DNA of 64,000 nt. Source: Gammaproteobacteria bacterium (lineage in GTDB: Bacteria; Pseudomonadota; Gammaproteobacteria; CAJXQU01). Positions 19,368 through 28,312 of this stretch are shown one piece after another. Position 1 is the first letter of the stretch. The number at the start of each line of letters is the position of its first letter. A model generated the notes under the pieces. It searched no databases. It had not been told where the DNA came from and was given only the letters and a program-made list of their open reading frames with translations. The translations under genes were made by a program, and so were the position numbers. The DNA lies in the NCBI GenBank assembly GCA_965238175.1, contig CBDEGZ010000003.1:2144001-2208000 (forward strand). Direction: 5' to 3'.

Positions 19368-19883
19368 TTAGCATATTGCTAGCGACTTTTCTCTAGAAGA
19401 GCCTACACTAAGCTTAACCAACTCATCATAGAGTTCTTCACCTTCTCGTTCTTCGAACACTCCAATTACAAAATTATCTGTAGTATTCCATTTTTTAAAA
19501 GGTGAGCTCTCTGTGCTGCTCATATCATTTAGTTGAAGGCAGAGTTTACAATAAAAATCATATTGATATTTCACTAACTCTTCCCATGCCTCATCACTCT
19601 TACCAGCCATAAATTCTGATATTTTTTCATAGTGAGGTTCAAGAGATTCATTCATGGAGTCTTCTACATCTACAATCCATTCAGGTGGGCACCATTTAGT
19701 ATCATCTTCATATTCCCCTTCGATGTTGTAAGCGAAACATGGAGTTCCTAACATTGAATAGTCACAATAAAATAGCCAAAACCCACAGGAATATAAATTG
19801 TCTTGTTTAGGGGGATTATTTTCGATTGTTTCAATAATCGATTCTTTGATTTCTTTAAATGCTGATTCTAGTTCTATTTCCAT
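19368..19883 (-). CDS. Cassette hypothetical protein (DUF4303-like)
   Basis: Acidic protein with KWCPPEW motif. Confidence 0.7.
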   Translation of the reverse strand: MEIELESAFKEIKESIIETIENNPPKQDNLYSCGFWLFYCDYSMLGTPCFAYNIEGEYEDDTKWCPPEWIVDVEDSMNESLEPHYEKISEFMAGKSDEAWEELVKYQYDFYCKLCLQLNDMSSTESSPFKKWNTTDNFVIGVFEEREGEELYDELVKLSVGSSREKSLAIC

Positions 19884-19896
19884 ATCTACTTCCTAC

Positions 19897-19977
19897 AGCT
19901 AACGCCGCAATAAAAGGCGAGCGTTAGCGAGTCCAGCCCACGCTTTTTGTGGGCGATTTTTAATTGCCTTGTTATAT
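19897..19977 (-). repeat. attC site
   Basis: agctaac...gttatat. Confidence 0.85.
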
Positions 19978-19986
19978 GTTTGCTTA

Positions 19987-20316
19987 TTAATAAGCCCCAC
20001 CTTTTGGTACACACCCGTCTTTGTCGTGAAGTTTACCTTCTGCAACAACTTTGTCGTTGGTGCAAACTTCGTTAAAGCTCCAAATATCAAATGCGTCACC
20101 TGGAACTGCATTTTCTTTAAGATGCTCTTCAAATTCTTCGAAGTCATCAAAGCCATAAATTCTAGGACAACTTGCTCCACGATATAGCCAGTGTTGGACT
20201 ACGATTGGACCCTTTGCCAAAACCTCCTGAATTTTAGATACACTTTCTTCAGAAAGAATTTTTACACCTTCTTCAGTCCACTCGTCTGGTTCGTATCTAT
20301 CAAATACTCGTTTCAT
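19987..20316 (-). CDS. Cassette hypothetical protein
   Basis: ORF fills the cassette, ends DGCVPKGGAY. Confidence 0.78.
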   Translation of the reverse strand: MKRVFDRYEPDEWTEEGVKILSEESVSKIQEVLAKGPIVVQHWLYRGASCPRIYGFDDFEEFEEHLKENAVPGDAFDIWSFNEVCTNDKVVAEGKLHDKDGCVPKGGAY

Positions 20317-20326
20317 AGTGATTTAC

Positions 20327-20398
20327 ATATAACGACCCAGCTCACGGGATTTTGTGAAGCGCAGCGTAACAAAATTCCGGTGCAGCGCCTTGTTATGC
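20327..20398 (-). repeat. attC site
   Basis: atataac...gttatgc. Confidence 0.85.
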
Positions 20399-20767
20399 GT
20401 TTTTGAATATAACTGCTGCTCGTTCACCTGACTCACCATAATATATTGCAAGATTTGGACTAATGCCGATTATTGTACCCCAACCGTAAAATTCAGTTTC
20501 TTCTACGGCCTTGTTGAAGGCCATCGACTTGCCATCAATCTCTATTGCTGATGATATTAATATGACCTTTTCATTTGTTTTTATCTTTATGCTCTTTACT
20601 GCATCATCTAGTGACTTAAACCATTTTGTACGCTTTTCGTTTAAAGGTGGATTATGATTGAGCTTATCTAGCAACTCTTTGCGTTTATTTGGTTTATTTA
20701 AGAATTGCTCATATCTGGCAATTCTTGTTTTATCAATTGCTAGATGAACCAGTGCTATTTCATTCAT
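20393..20767 (-). CDS. Cassette hypothetical protein
   Basis: ORF from MNEIAL with stop inside attC. Confidence 0.75.
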   Translation of the reverse strand: MNEIALVHLAIDKTRIARYEQFLNKPNKRKELLDKLNHNPPLNEKRTKWFKSLDDAVKSIKIKTNEKVILISSAIEIDGKSMAFNKAVEETEFYGWGTIIGISPNLAIYYGESGERAAVIFKNA

Positions 20768-20776
20768 TTTTAATAC

Positions 20777-20830
20777 GCATAACGTCGCAAGCATGGGCGC
20801 TTTAGCGTCCAATGCCTTGCTTTGTTATGT
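20777..20830 (-). repeat. attC site (54 bp)
   Basis: gcataac gtcgcaagcatgg...ccaatgccttgcttt gttatgt. Confidence 0.85.
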
Positions 20831-21151
20831 TTTTGTATTTTTATATTCTTGAACATGATCTTGTACTAATTTGTATAATAGAAAATGATTGTAGAGCGCC
20901 ATATATAGACAACCAGTAAATATCATAGGTATTAGCAATAAAATAAACTTTTTAATTGGCTCGACATTTGCTGGCTCAATTTCTATGAATAATTCGGAAA
21001 TTTTTAAAGTAATTAAAAACACCAAAAACATACCTGGAAAAAACATGTTTGCAATCAGTTTAGATTTACCTATGCAAAAACCAAACGCTTTTTGTTTTTC
21101 TTTTTTATCAAATTCCTGTAATTCAGGAAATTTCTTATATGTATAATTCAT
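20825..21151 (-). CDS. Cassette membrane protein (2 TM)
   Basis: Two hydrophobic segments. Confidence 0.75.
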   Translation of the reverse strand: MNYTYKKFPELQEFDKKEKQKAFGFCIGKSKLIANMFFPGMFLVFLITLKISELFIEIEPANVEPIKKFILLLIPMIFTGCLYMALYNHFLLYKLVQDHVQEYKNTKT

Positions 21152-21161
21152 AATTTAAGGA

Positions 21162-21263
21162 ACATAACGCCCAATTAAGGGGCTTTTTATAGTTTGCCAA
21201 AATGTGTAGCGCAGCGAAACAAGGCAAACTTTAAAAAGTCCCGCTTGAATTGCCTTGTTATAT
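21162..21263 (-). repeat. attC site
   Basis: acataac...gttatat. Confidence 0.85.
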
Positions 21264-21487
21264 GCAGCATAAGTAAAACCAAACACAGCTAGCACTTAAA
21301 GGCACTTGTTATAAAACAACCAGCCGTAAACTTTTGAGCATTAAGCACAACTGGCCGAACTAAATTAATAACTTTGCTGCCTTTGAAAAAGGTGTAAATA
21401 ACAAAGTTTATTAGTGCATACACTAAACATTTTTAGCGAAAAACACTAAGTAAAAATATCTTGCTCTAATACGTTATCTTTTAAAGC
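21264..21487 (-). other. ORF-less integron cassette
   Basis: 224 bp between two attC sites with matching GTTATATGC/GCATATAAC ends; longest ATG ORF seen on the cassette strand is about 21 aa. Confidence 0.75.
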
Positions 21488-21593
21488 ATATAACGCCGCA
21501 AACACGGGCAGGATAAAGATGGCGGATTTTTTGCGCCCTTTGCAAAAAAAGTGACAGCTTTATATTGTCCCATTGTGGTTTGCCTTGTTAGGT
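21488..21593 (-). repeat. attC site
   Basis: atataac...gttaggt. Confidence 0.85.
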
Positions 21594-21596
21594 GCA

Positions 21597-21971
21597 TTAA
21601 TCTTCTAGGTCATTTTCTCTAGCAATTACAATCATTTTTTCGATTGCGGCTTGACTGCTGATCATTTCCTTTGCTAATTTTGCGGTTTCAATTGCTGAAT
21701 CATAGTCTTGGAATATTAAGAAACATGTATCACCTTCAGAGTCTGGTTCTAGATCATCAGGGTAGGCATCTAAACCTACTGCGATTCTAGACGCTAAAAC
21801 CAAACCCTGAATACCATAGCCATTCATATAATAATCGTTAATAGTATCCGTTTTGTATGTTTCTTTAAACCAACTCCAGTCATCAAATGACAGACGGACA
21901 TCATTCCATTCTGAATCCCTGCAATCAATAATTTCAAATGGATAGTAAGTAGTTTTATCAATATTGGACAT
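21597..21971 (-). CDS. Cassette protein, Imm51-like immunity protein
   Basis: NGYG...DSEGDTC pattern resembles Imm51. Confidence 0.6.
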   Translation of the reverse strand: MSNIDKTTYYPFEIIDCRDSEWNDVRLSFDDWSWFKETYKTDTINDYYMNGYGIQGLVLASRIAVGLDAYPDDLEPDSEGDTCFLIFQDYDSAIETAKLAKEMISSQAAIEKMIVIARENDLED

Positions 21972-22004
21972 TTCACTTCCTAATTATTTGTACAATTCAA
22001 AGCA

Positions 22005-22103
22005 ACCTAACGCCCCAATAAGCGGCAAAAAATTGTTGGTTAAAATGTTGAACGGAGTGAAAACAACCAACTGTTTTTTGTCCGTTTGAATGCCTTGTTA
22101 GCA
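22005..22103 (-). repeat. attC site
   Basis: acctaac...gttagca; closely similar to 24861-24960. Confidence 0.88.
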
Positions 22104-22508
22104 GTACGATAACTCAAACTCTGGATTACTTAAAATAGCCTCAATTAATTTTTGGTAACTATTTGAATTACAGATATAGCCAGAATATTTTTGATTATTG
22201 AAACTAAATTGATGCAGAGAGGAAAGTATTATTGATTGGTCATCAAGAAACTCTTCGAATGCAACAACACAAAAGCCAGAACTAGAAAAATCAAATAAAC
22301 CATTTATTGAAAGTTTGGTAATTACACCATCAGATACTTGAGTGTAAAACCATTGTAACTTTGAAATTTGGATACTAAGGTCTCGTAAGCACAGAGATAT
22401 TGCTTTCTCTGCTGTTTTCGATGAGTTTTTGACCAATGTATTAGATGGAAGGTGAATTACACTCCCAACAAAATTTCCTGATTTTTCCACTACGCCTATA
22501 TCTAACAC
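22098..22508 (-). CDS. Cassette hypothetical protein
   Basis: ORF fills the cassette. Confidence 0.72.
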   Translation of the reverse strand: MLDIGVVEKSGNFVGSVIHLPSNTLVKNSSKTAEKAISLCLRDLSIQISKLQWFYTQVSDGVITKLSINGLFDFSSSGFCVVAFEEFLDDQSIILSSLHQFSFNNQKYSGYICNSNSYQKLIEAILSNPEFELSYC

Positions 22509-22523
22509 TAAACTTTCCTTTAC

Positions 22524-22589
22524 TGCTAACGGTTGAGCTCACGGGCGCGCGGGCTTTTTCGCGCGTCCGTGTGGAGAGATTTGTTAGGC
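22524..22589 (-). repeat. attC site
   Basis: tgctaac...gttaggc. Confidence 0.85.
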
Positions 22590-23003
22590 ATCATCATACC
22601 CATCATATATATCTAGATCGAGCAATATTCCTCTATCTCCAAGTGCTTTTAATGATGCTGGTGAAATACTCATGCCTTCATTACCTTCTTCCATAAAAAC
22701 ACCACAAAATAAATCGACTTTATATTGAGAGGTGATTTTCACCCATATTTTTAAATCAGAGCTCAGTTTGTTTAGTATTTCAGAAATCTGCGCATCTAAA
22801 TTTTCTGGCTTGTGTTCACTTGCTTTCAAGCTCCACATTCCAAATTTGTAAATATATTTTTTACCTGTTTTTTTTCCTGTTCTAACGTCACCTTTAGAAT
22901 ATTTATCAGAAGCATCACAACCGAGTAATTCTGTAATCTCAACTGGATTAAGTTCTTCTCCTATAATTCTTAAAGAAGCAAGTGATCGATATACTTGTGC
23001 CAT
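22584..23003 (-). CDS. DUF4279 domain cassette protein
   Basis: LNPVEITELLG...LLDLDIY pattern. Confidence 0.8.
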   Translation of the reverse strand: MAQVYRSLASLRIIGEELNPVEITELLGCDASDKYSKGDVRTGKKTGKKYIYKFGMWSLKASEHKPENLDAQISEILNKLSSDLKIWVKITSQYKVDLFCGVFMEEGNEGMSISPASLKALGDRGILLDLDIYDGYDDA

Positions 23004-23013
23004 GATTTCAGAT

Positions 23014-23114
23014 GCCTAACGCCCAATTAACAGGCAAAAGATGGTTGGCTAAAATAGTGAACGAAGTGAACAAAAGCCAACTGTTTTTTGTCCTTGTTGA
23101 ATTGCTTGTTATCC
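23014..23114 (-). repeat. attC site
   Basis: gcctaac...gttatcc. Confidence 0.85.
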
Positions 23115-23438
23115 ACTTTTAACTACCACTACTTGGATGTTAGTTACACCTGAAACACTCGATTCATTTGACCATAAATCAAGCTCATCTTGAATACTTC
23201 CAGTTATAATGTAAAAACGTCCAATATTTTGGGCTAATTCCATTGCCTGAAGTACCACAAGCGACCAATCACCTTTGGACTTTGGGGTTTCAAATGAGCA
23301 AGTAAAACCACCTTTATCGTATGGCTCAATTACTAACTTTGAGTGTGAAATACCTATAGATTTGAATACAGACTTCACAACTTTCATTGCCTTATCTTTA
23401 CTACCTGCATCCGTAAAAATTTTCCAAGAAATGCTCAA
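23109..23438 (-). CDS. Cassette hypothetical protein
   Basis: TTG start after AGGAG; stop inside attC. Confidence 0.72.
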   Translation of the reverse strand: MSISWKIFTDAGSKDKAMKVVKSVFKSIGISHSKLVIEPYDKGGFTCSFETPKSKGDWSLVVLQAMELAQNIGRFYIITGSIQDELDLWSNESSVSGVTNIQVVVVKSG

Positions 23439-23457
23439 GCTAACTCCTGTGCATAAC

Positions 23458-24010
23458 GTATTCGCCAGAGTTTATGACTTGATACATATGCCCTTGTTTC
23501 TGGAACTCCTCTTTCTCCATTTCTGAGGTTATCTTAGGGTACCAAGGGTCACAGATCATTTAGACTCGCACTATCGACACATACCGATCCGATATGCCTT
23601 TGCTCCAAGTCACTATCAGAAACCTCTATATAATCTTTCTCTTCACGATCCCACACAGTGATACTCTTTCGATATTCAGTCGCTTTTTCAATGGAATCTC
23701 GAAGTGACACTACCTCCCTGTTTTTAAGATCTATCTGCTCTACATGAGCCACAGTGTCTTCAGCCAATCTGGAAAGCTCTTCTTCTCTTATTTTTATTCT
23801 CTCGCTGAGCTGCTTCTCAATGAACTCTGGCGCTCTTCGCTCGAGATCTAGGGCTTTGTCTTTCCAAAGCTTCAAGTTCTGCTCCGAGATTTTTAGCTGT
23901 GAATCTTTTAGCTGATTCACAGACCGTAGGTTTTTTATATATGCAGCATAAATAAAGCCAATTACTACTAAAGCAGTCAGGTTTGTAGCCGCAGCAATTA
24001 TTTCATACAC
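23458..24010 (-). pseudogene. Cassette gene (TM + coiled coil), frameshifted, truncated and lacking its attC
   Basis: After one extra A the reading continues VDSASL-MICDPWY...SGEY straight into the next cassette core GTTATGC. Confidence 0.7.
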
Positions 24011-24053
24011 AATAAATTCTCAGTTTTAAATGTGTGGCAGGATCTCGACAGGC

Positions 24054-24128
24054 TTATAACGCCTCAAACAGCGGCGCGCGTCAGCGCGTCCAGCCACGAA
24101 GTGGCGTTGCTGCTTTGACTTGTTATGA
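24054..24128 (-). repeat. attC site
   Basis: ttataac...gttatga. Confidence 0.85.
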
Positions 24129-24440
24129 GTTTTCGTCAAGGTGCCATCCTACAATTTCACCAACGTCATCGTAGACGTTGTAGATAACCTCGCAATCACA
24201 GAACCCGCCATGCTCACCCAGCCATGGAACAACGACCTCTGGATTTAATTTTTGTAACTCGATGAATTCAATTGACTCCTTTAGTGTGTGATCACACTCT
24301 GGAGCTGATTCACGGTTTAAGAAAGAGAGAAGATCTTTAAGCTCATCGATACTCATTGGTATAGATGCGCGAATTTCATCTTGCTCATTTTTCTTGTACT
24401 GAGTCTTCAACTTTTTCTTCTGATCTTTATCCATACTCAA
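24123..24440 (-). CDS. DUF2695 domain cassette protein
   Basis: CDHTL...GGFCDCEVIYNV. Confidence 0.85.
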   Translation of the reverse strand: MSMDKDQKKKLKTQYKKNEQDEIRASIPMSIDELKDLLSFLNRESAPECDHTLKESIEFIELQKLNPEVVVPWLGEHGGFCDCEVIYNVYDDVGEIVGWHLDENS

Positions 24441-24443
24441 GAC

Positions 24444-24509
24444 TCATAACGCCGCGCTTTGCGAAGAGCGAGCGCAGCGAGTGATTCCGACAACAGCGCT
24501 TTGTTATGT
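24444..24509 (-). repeat. attC site
   Basis: tcataac...gttatgt. Confidence 0.82.
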
Positions 24510-24845
24510 GCTTTTTCTAACATGGTTATGGATGTACCTCATTACCTTGCTTTCCATAATTTGAATTAGTACTGGATCCATTCTTTCAAAATCGTCGGGG
24601 ATATCAAGGCAAATCATACGTTTTGTTTTCATAAGAGGCTTGAACTGTTTTGAAATCTTATTCCTATGGCTTTTTTCCATTACAAAAATTATATCGGACC
24701 ATTCAATTAAATCAACGCTGACTGGTGTTGCAGCATGCTTATTGGTGCCGCAGCCAATTGCATTGATGCCTTCATACTTAGAAAATACTTCCTCACCCGT
24801 CGGACTGCGCAATCTATTTTCACTACAAACGAATAGAAGATTCAT
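24504..24845 (-). CDS. Low-molecular-weight phosphotyrosine phosphatase family cassette protein
   Basis: LFVCSENRLRSPT P-loop and CLDIPD. Confidence 0.88.
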   Translation of the reverse strand: MNLLFVCSENRLRSPTGEEVFSKYEGINAIGCGTNKHAATPVSVDLIEWSDIIFVMEKSHRNKISKQFKPLMKTKRMICLDIPDDFERMDPVLIQIMESKVMRYIHNHVRKST

Positions 24846-24860
24846 GATATTCCTAAGTAC

Positions 24861-24960
24861 ACATAACGCCTCATTATAGAGGCAAAAAATTGTTGGCTAA
24901 AATGTTGAACGGAGTGAAAACAGCCAACTGTTTTTTGTCCTTTTGAATGACTTGTTAGCA
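24861..24960 (-). repeat. attC site
   Basis: acataac...gttagca. Confidence 0.85.
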
Positions 24961-24983
24961 GTACATTGCCACCAAACCATACG

Positions 24984-25244
24984 TTACTTTAGATCTTTAT
25001 CATCTGCTACAGAGCCACGACTAAATAACATGAAAAGAGCTTTTGGCATGTAACCCGCGATAGCAACATAAGAAAATGAAACAGCACCAATTAACATACC
25101 GATAACCAGCTCCCAGTTTTGATATTTTCCTGAACCATTTTCGAGTACCGAAACTAAACTAAAACAGCAAACAATCCACATTAGCAAAGCAATGATAAAA
25201 GAAAGCACTCTAAATAGTGGACGAGCCTCGTTAGTTTTCATCAA
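24984..25244 (-). CDS. Cassette membrane protein (2 TM)
   Basis: Hydrophobic ORF. Confidence 0.72.
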   Translation of the reverse strand: MMKTNEARPLFRVLSFIIALLMWIVCCFSLVSVLENGSGKYQNWELVIGMLIGAVSFSYVAIAGYMPKALFMLFSRGSVADDKDLK

Positions 25245-25255
25245 ACTCCCTGTAC

Positions 25256-25313
25256 TGCTAACGCCAAGCTAAACCGCGCGTCTTTTCGCGTCGGTTTGAG
25301 CGTTTTGTTAGCA
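25256..25313 (-). repeat. attC site (58 bp)
   Basis: tgctaac...gttagca. Confidence 0.85.
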
Positions 25314-25315
25314 AT

Positions 25316-25747
25316 TTACTGAGAGACACTAAACAAAATATTTAGGTCATCTCTAAATCTAATAGAGTTAACAAGCCAATTATCTTCTGGCTTATAAAAA
25401 GTTAACTCCCAGTAAATAGCATGATTATTGAATTTATGGAGGTAATAATAACGAATTAGTGAGTCGCCTGCCTCCTCAGACCTAACGAAGTCACTACCAA
25501 TAGCCTTACCAAAACGCTGCTCGACTATTGGCCATTGAGTGTTGATGGTATTGGCTAAGCCATCAATTTCAACTTCCGATAAGGGCCAGTATGGTTTTGC
25601 TAGAGAAAGGCCTTCCTCAAAATGTTTTTTAATGAATTGGTTAATCACCTTATCGGACAACTCCCTTATTTCTTCTTTAGAGCTGAGAGTATCGGCTAGT
25701 GTACAAGCTGAGCTTAATAAAATTACCAATGAGAAAATGTACTTCAT
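25316..25747 (-). CDS. Cassette exported protein
   Basis: Signal peptide; ORF fills the cassette. Confidence 0.78.
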   Translation of the reverse strand: MKYIFSLVILLSSACTLADTLSSKEEIRELSDKVINQFIKKHFEEGLSLAKPYWPLSEVEIDGLANTINTQWPIVEQRFGKAIGSDFVRSEEAGDSLIRYYYLHKFNNHAIYWELTFYKPEDNWLVNSIRFRDDLNILFSVSQ

Positions 25748-25774
25748 AGATAGACCCTTAATATTATGGTTGAT

Positions 25775-25866
25775 TGCTAACGATTGAGTTAACGGGCTCG
25801 AAAAAGCAAGCGAGAGCGCCGCTTTTGAGAGTCCAACAGGTTTGAAAAACCTGCGTCTTGTTATGC
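25775..25866 (-). repeat. attC site, apparently missing one L box
   Basis: tgctaac...gttatgc; no partner for gagttaacg before cttgtta. Confidence 0.65.
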
Positions 25867-26232
25867 GTGTTTTTCAAGCATTTTCTTTGCTTCATTGGGA
25901 ACATGTTCATAACTTGGATACTCCGGTTCCATTTTCTCTACAATTTTCCATTGCTCTATGGCTTTCTTTTTTTTATTAGCTTTTAGATATGATTCAGCTA
26001 AGAAGAGTCTAGCATCTCCTTCGCAGTAATGTGGTTTCAAGGATATGCCTTTTTCTAATTCATTTATTGATTGTTCTAAGTGCCCGAGTTTTTGTAAGCA
26101 GATTCCATAAGCTATAAAAAACCGAGCGTCTTCTTTTGCCTTTATAAGTTCTGGATATATAGTAAGGGCTTCAGGATGGCTTCCCTTTCCCTCGAGTTCG
26201 ATAGCTTGTTGATATAATGTTTCGGTATCCAT
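25861..26232 (-). CDS. TPR-repeat cassette protein
   Basis: AYGICLQKLG and ARLFLAESYL helical repeats. Confidence 0.82.
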   Translation of the reverse strand: MDTETLYQQAIELEGKGSHPEALTIYPELIKAKEDARFFIAYGICLQKLGHLEQSINELEKGISLKPHYCEGDARLFLAESYLKANKKKKAIEQWKIVEKMEPEYPSYEHVPNEAKKMLEKHA

Positions 26233-26246
26233 AGATGTTTTTTCAC

Positions 26247-26318
26247 GCATAACGCCTTGCTCAGCGGAAAAATGCAAGCGCGAGCGAGTAGTTTTTCCGC
26301 TGCAGCAATTTGTTAGGC
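26247..26318 (-). repeat. attC site
   Basis: gcataac...gttaggc. Confidence 0.88.
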
Positions 26319-26543
26319 ACTTTTATTATTGTTCCAAGAAATATCTACTTTTCTGTGATGAAGCACGCAGTCTCTTAAATACAAATTAATAAGACTTTGA
26401 TATGGAACTCCAGACTCAACAGACATATCTTTAAAATAGCTAATAATATCCTCACTAAGTCGCATAGTTACAGACTTTTTTAATTTTGAGGCGTAAGGGT
26501 TTTTCCTAGATTTTAATTTTGAAAGATCGTATTCTTTTTTCAT
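26313..26543 (-). CDS. BrnA-family antitoxin
   Basis: MKKEYDLS...VTMRL...GVPYQSLINLYL. Confidence 0.88.
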   Translation of the reverse strand: MKKEYDLSKLKSRKNPYASKLKKSVTMRLSEDIISYFKDMSVESGVPYQSLINLYLRDCVLHHRKVDISWNNNKSA

Positions 26544-26831
26544 GAGATATCACCTTGATAGAACTTACGTTCATTTTTAGTAGCTTTTCTAGCTGAGATA
26601 ATTCGAAGTACGTCACCTGATTGTTTTTCACAATGGCAAACCATGAGCATTCGTGATTTGTTACTGACACCTAAAATTAGAAACCTGTCTTCCTCTAATA
26701 TAGAATGTTCAGAATCATAAAATTGAACAGCAAAATCATCATAGAAAACGGATGATGCTTCTTCTAAAAGAAACACCATGTTTTTCAATGTTTTTTGAAG
26801 CTTTGACATCACTCCATTCAAACTTAATCAT
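26540..26831 (-). pseudogene. BrnT-family toxin, +1 frameshift near 26765
   Basis: MIKFEWSDVKASKNIEKHGVSF, extra A, then EEASSVF...RIISARKAT. Confidence 0.85.
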
Positions 26832-26837
26832 ACATAC

Positions 26838-26865
26838 ATTGTATGGAATAATTTGAAAATGTCAA
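26838..26865 (-). promoter_or_regulatory. Sigma-70 promoter inside the toxin-antitoxin cassette
   Basis: TTGACA-N16-TACAAT. Confidence 0.7.
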
Positions 26866-26873
26866 TTTGGGTT

Positions 26874-26944
26874 GCCTACGCCTTGCTCAGCGGAAAAATG
26901 CGAGCGCGAGCGAGTAATTTTTCCGATGAAGCAACTTGTTAGAC
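26874..26944 (-). repeat. attC site with mutated core (GTAGGC instead of GTTAGGC)
   Basis: gcctac gccttgctcagcgg...gttagac. Confidence 0.8.
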
Positions 26945-26955
26945 TTTTAATAATT

Positions 26956-27534
26956 TTAGGTGGAAATCTTTTCTGCATTATAATGATTATTACCAATATC
27001 AGAGACTTTGGAAACAATACGAAACCCATATTTAGCCAAAAGCTCTTTGTATTTTTCTAAACCAAGTGAGTCACACTCAATGCCAGTGTTCAAATCGCTC
27101 CATTTTCCTTTTTCTGTTGGTGCTGTAAAGAAGAAAAATCCATTCTTTAACAGGATATTAGAAACCTTTTTGATAAGCTCTTCTTGTTCTGATTCAGGTA
27201 GAAGAAACAATAGACCGATAGCAATAACAGCATTAAAATTTTTACTGAAGAAATCCGATGTTTGAACACGTTCACACTTAGCAGGAATATTAGGAAACCT
27301 TAAACGAAACTCAGCAAGTAAGGTTTCTGAGCTATCAAGTGCCCAAAGATTCAATTCCGCTTTTTCAAGCTCAGAGGTAACGGGATAACCTCCTCCACAG
27401 GCGATCTCAAGAACTTCGGATCCTTTGGGTAAATTTTTAGCCCAGTTTTGTACTACTTTATAACCTGTATTAGATTTATCCCTACCACTTAAAAAAGTAT
27501 GAGCGTTTTGTTCATATGCTATTGCAGAGTTCAT
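26956..27534 (-). CDS. Class I SAM-dependent methyltransferase (cassette)
   Basis: VLEIACGGG motif I. Confidence 0.88.
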   Translation of the reverse strand: MNSAIAYEQNAHTFLSGRDKSNTGYKVVQNWAKNLPKGSEVLEIACGGGYPVTSELEKAELNLWALDSSETLLAEFRLRFPNIPAKCERVQTSDFFSKNFNAVIAIGLLFLLPESEQEELIKKVSNILLKNGFFFFTAPTEKGKWSDLNTGIECDSLGLEKYKELLAKYGFRIVSKVSDIGNNHYNAEKIST

Positions 27535-27546
27535 AATGTTTTTTTA

Positions 27547-27598
27547 GCCTAACGCCTCAAGCATAGGCGCTTGCGTCCTATGCCTTGACTTGTTATCA
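27547..27598 (-). repeat. attC site (52 bp)
   Basis: gcctaac gcctcaagcatagg...cctatgccttgactt gttatca. Confidence 0.85.
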
Positions 27599-27599
27599 C

Positions 27600-28190
27600 C
27601 TATTTTAAAGCTGAAATTATAACTTGGTTGTTTCTAAGCATTTCGCTAATCATATTATCGTACAAACCAGGAATATCTCGTTCTAAACCACCTTTTGCAC
27701 CAGTCATTACAGTTCCTTTTATGGAAACTTTGTTTTTAATAACATCTGTTGCGCTAATATCTCCATTACGATTCATAACATTAACTTTAATTTCATACCA
27801 AAGCTCTGCATTTTGATATCCATTAAAATGCCATTGCAGTATATCTATTGATAATGCTTTCCCAGATTTAGAATTTTTATACCCTAGGTTTACTAACTCT
27901 TCAGAAATATCTTTCTGAATCTGTTCTTTAAGAGGAACCTTATTAAGTGTAGTTACCTCGAATGCTTTTCCAAAACCGCCCCTGTAAAATCCTATTAGAT
28001 AATCAGGTCGCCCTTCCTTTAACACATAATCTCTTTTATCCTCAACTTGAACTGATACAAGGTTTTTACTTTCATCTTGTTGTTGTTCAGTTGGAATATG
28101 ATCAATATTGATATGTTGACCAACAGCGCACCCAGTTAAGATTGGAGGCGCTAACAATATAGCTGCCATAATAGCTTTTTTCATTTTCAA
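27600..28190 (-). CDS. Cassette lipoprotein (YajG-like)
   Basis: Lipobox LTGC and VEDKR motif. Confidence 0.78.
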   Translation of the reverse strand: MKMKKAIMAAILLAPPILTGCAVGQHINIDHIPTEQQQDESKNLVSVQVEDKRDYVLKEGRPDYLIGFYRGGFGKAFEVTTLNKVPLKEQIQKDISEELVNLGYKNSKSGKALSIDILQWHFNGYQNAELWYEIKVNVMNRNGDISATDVIKNKVSIKGTVMTGAKGGLERDIPGLYDNMISEMLRNNQVIISALK

Positions 28191-28216
28191 ATTCCTATAG
28201 TTAGTTGTGAATTGTG

Positions 28217-28291
28217 TGATAACGTTGAGCTAAGGGGCGTGGAGCGCAGCGGAACGTCCCAGCCGTAGGCGTCTTGAGCGATTTGTTATGT
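28217..28291 (-). repeat. attC site
   Basis: tgataac...gttatgt. Confidence 0.85.
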
Positions 28292-28312
28292 TGTCCGTTA
28301 TATATATTGGCA

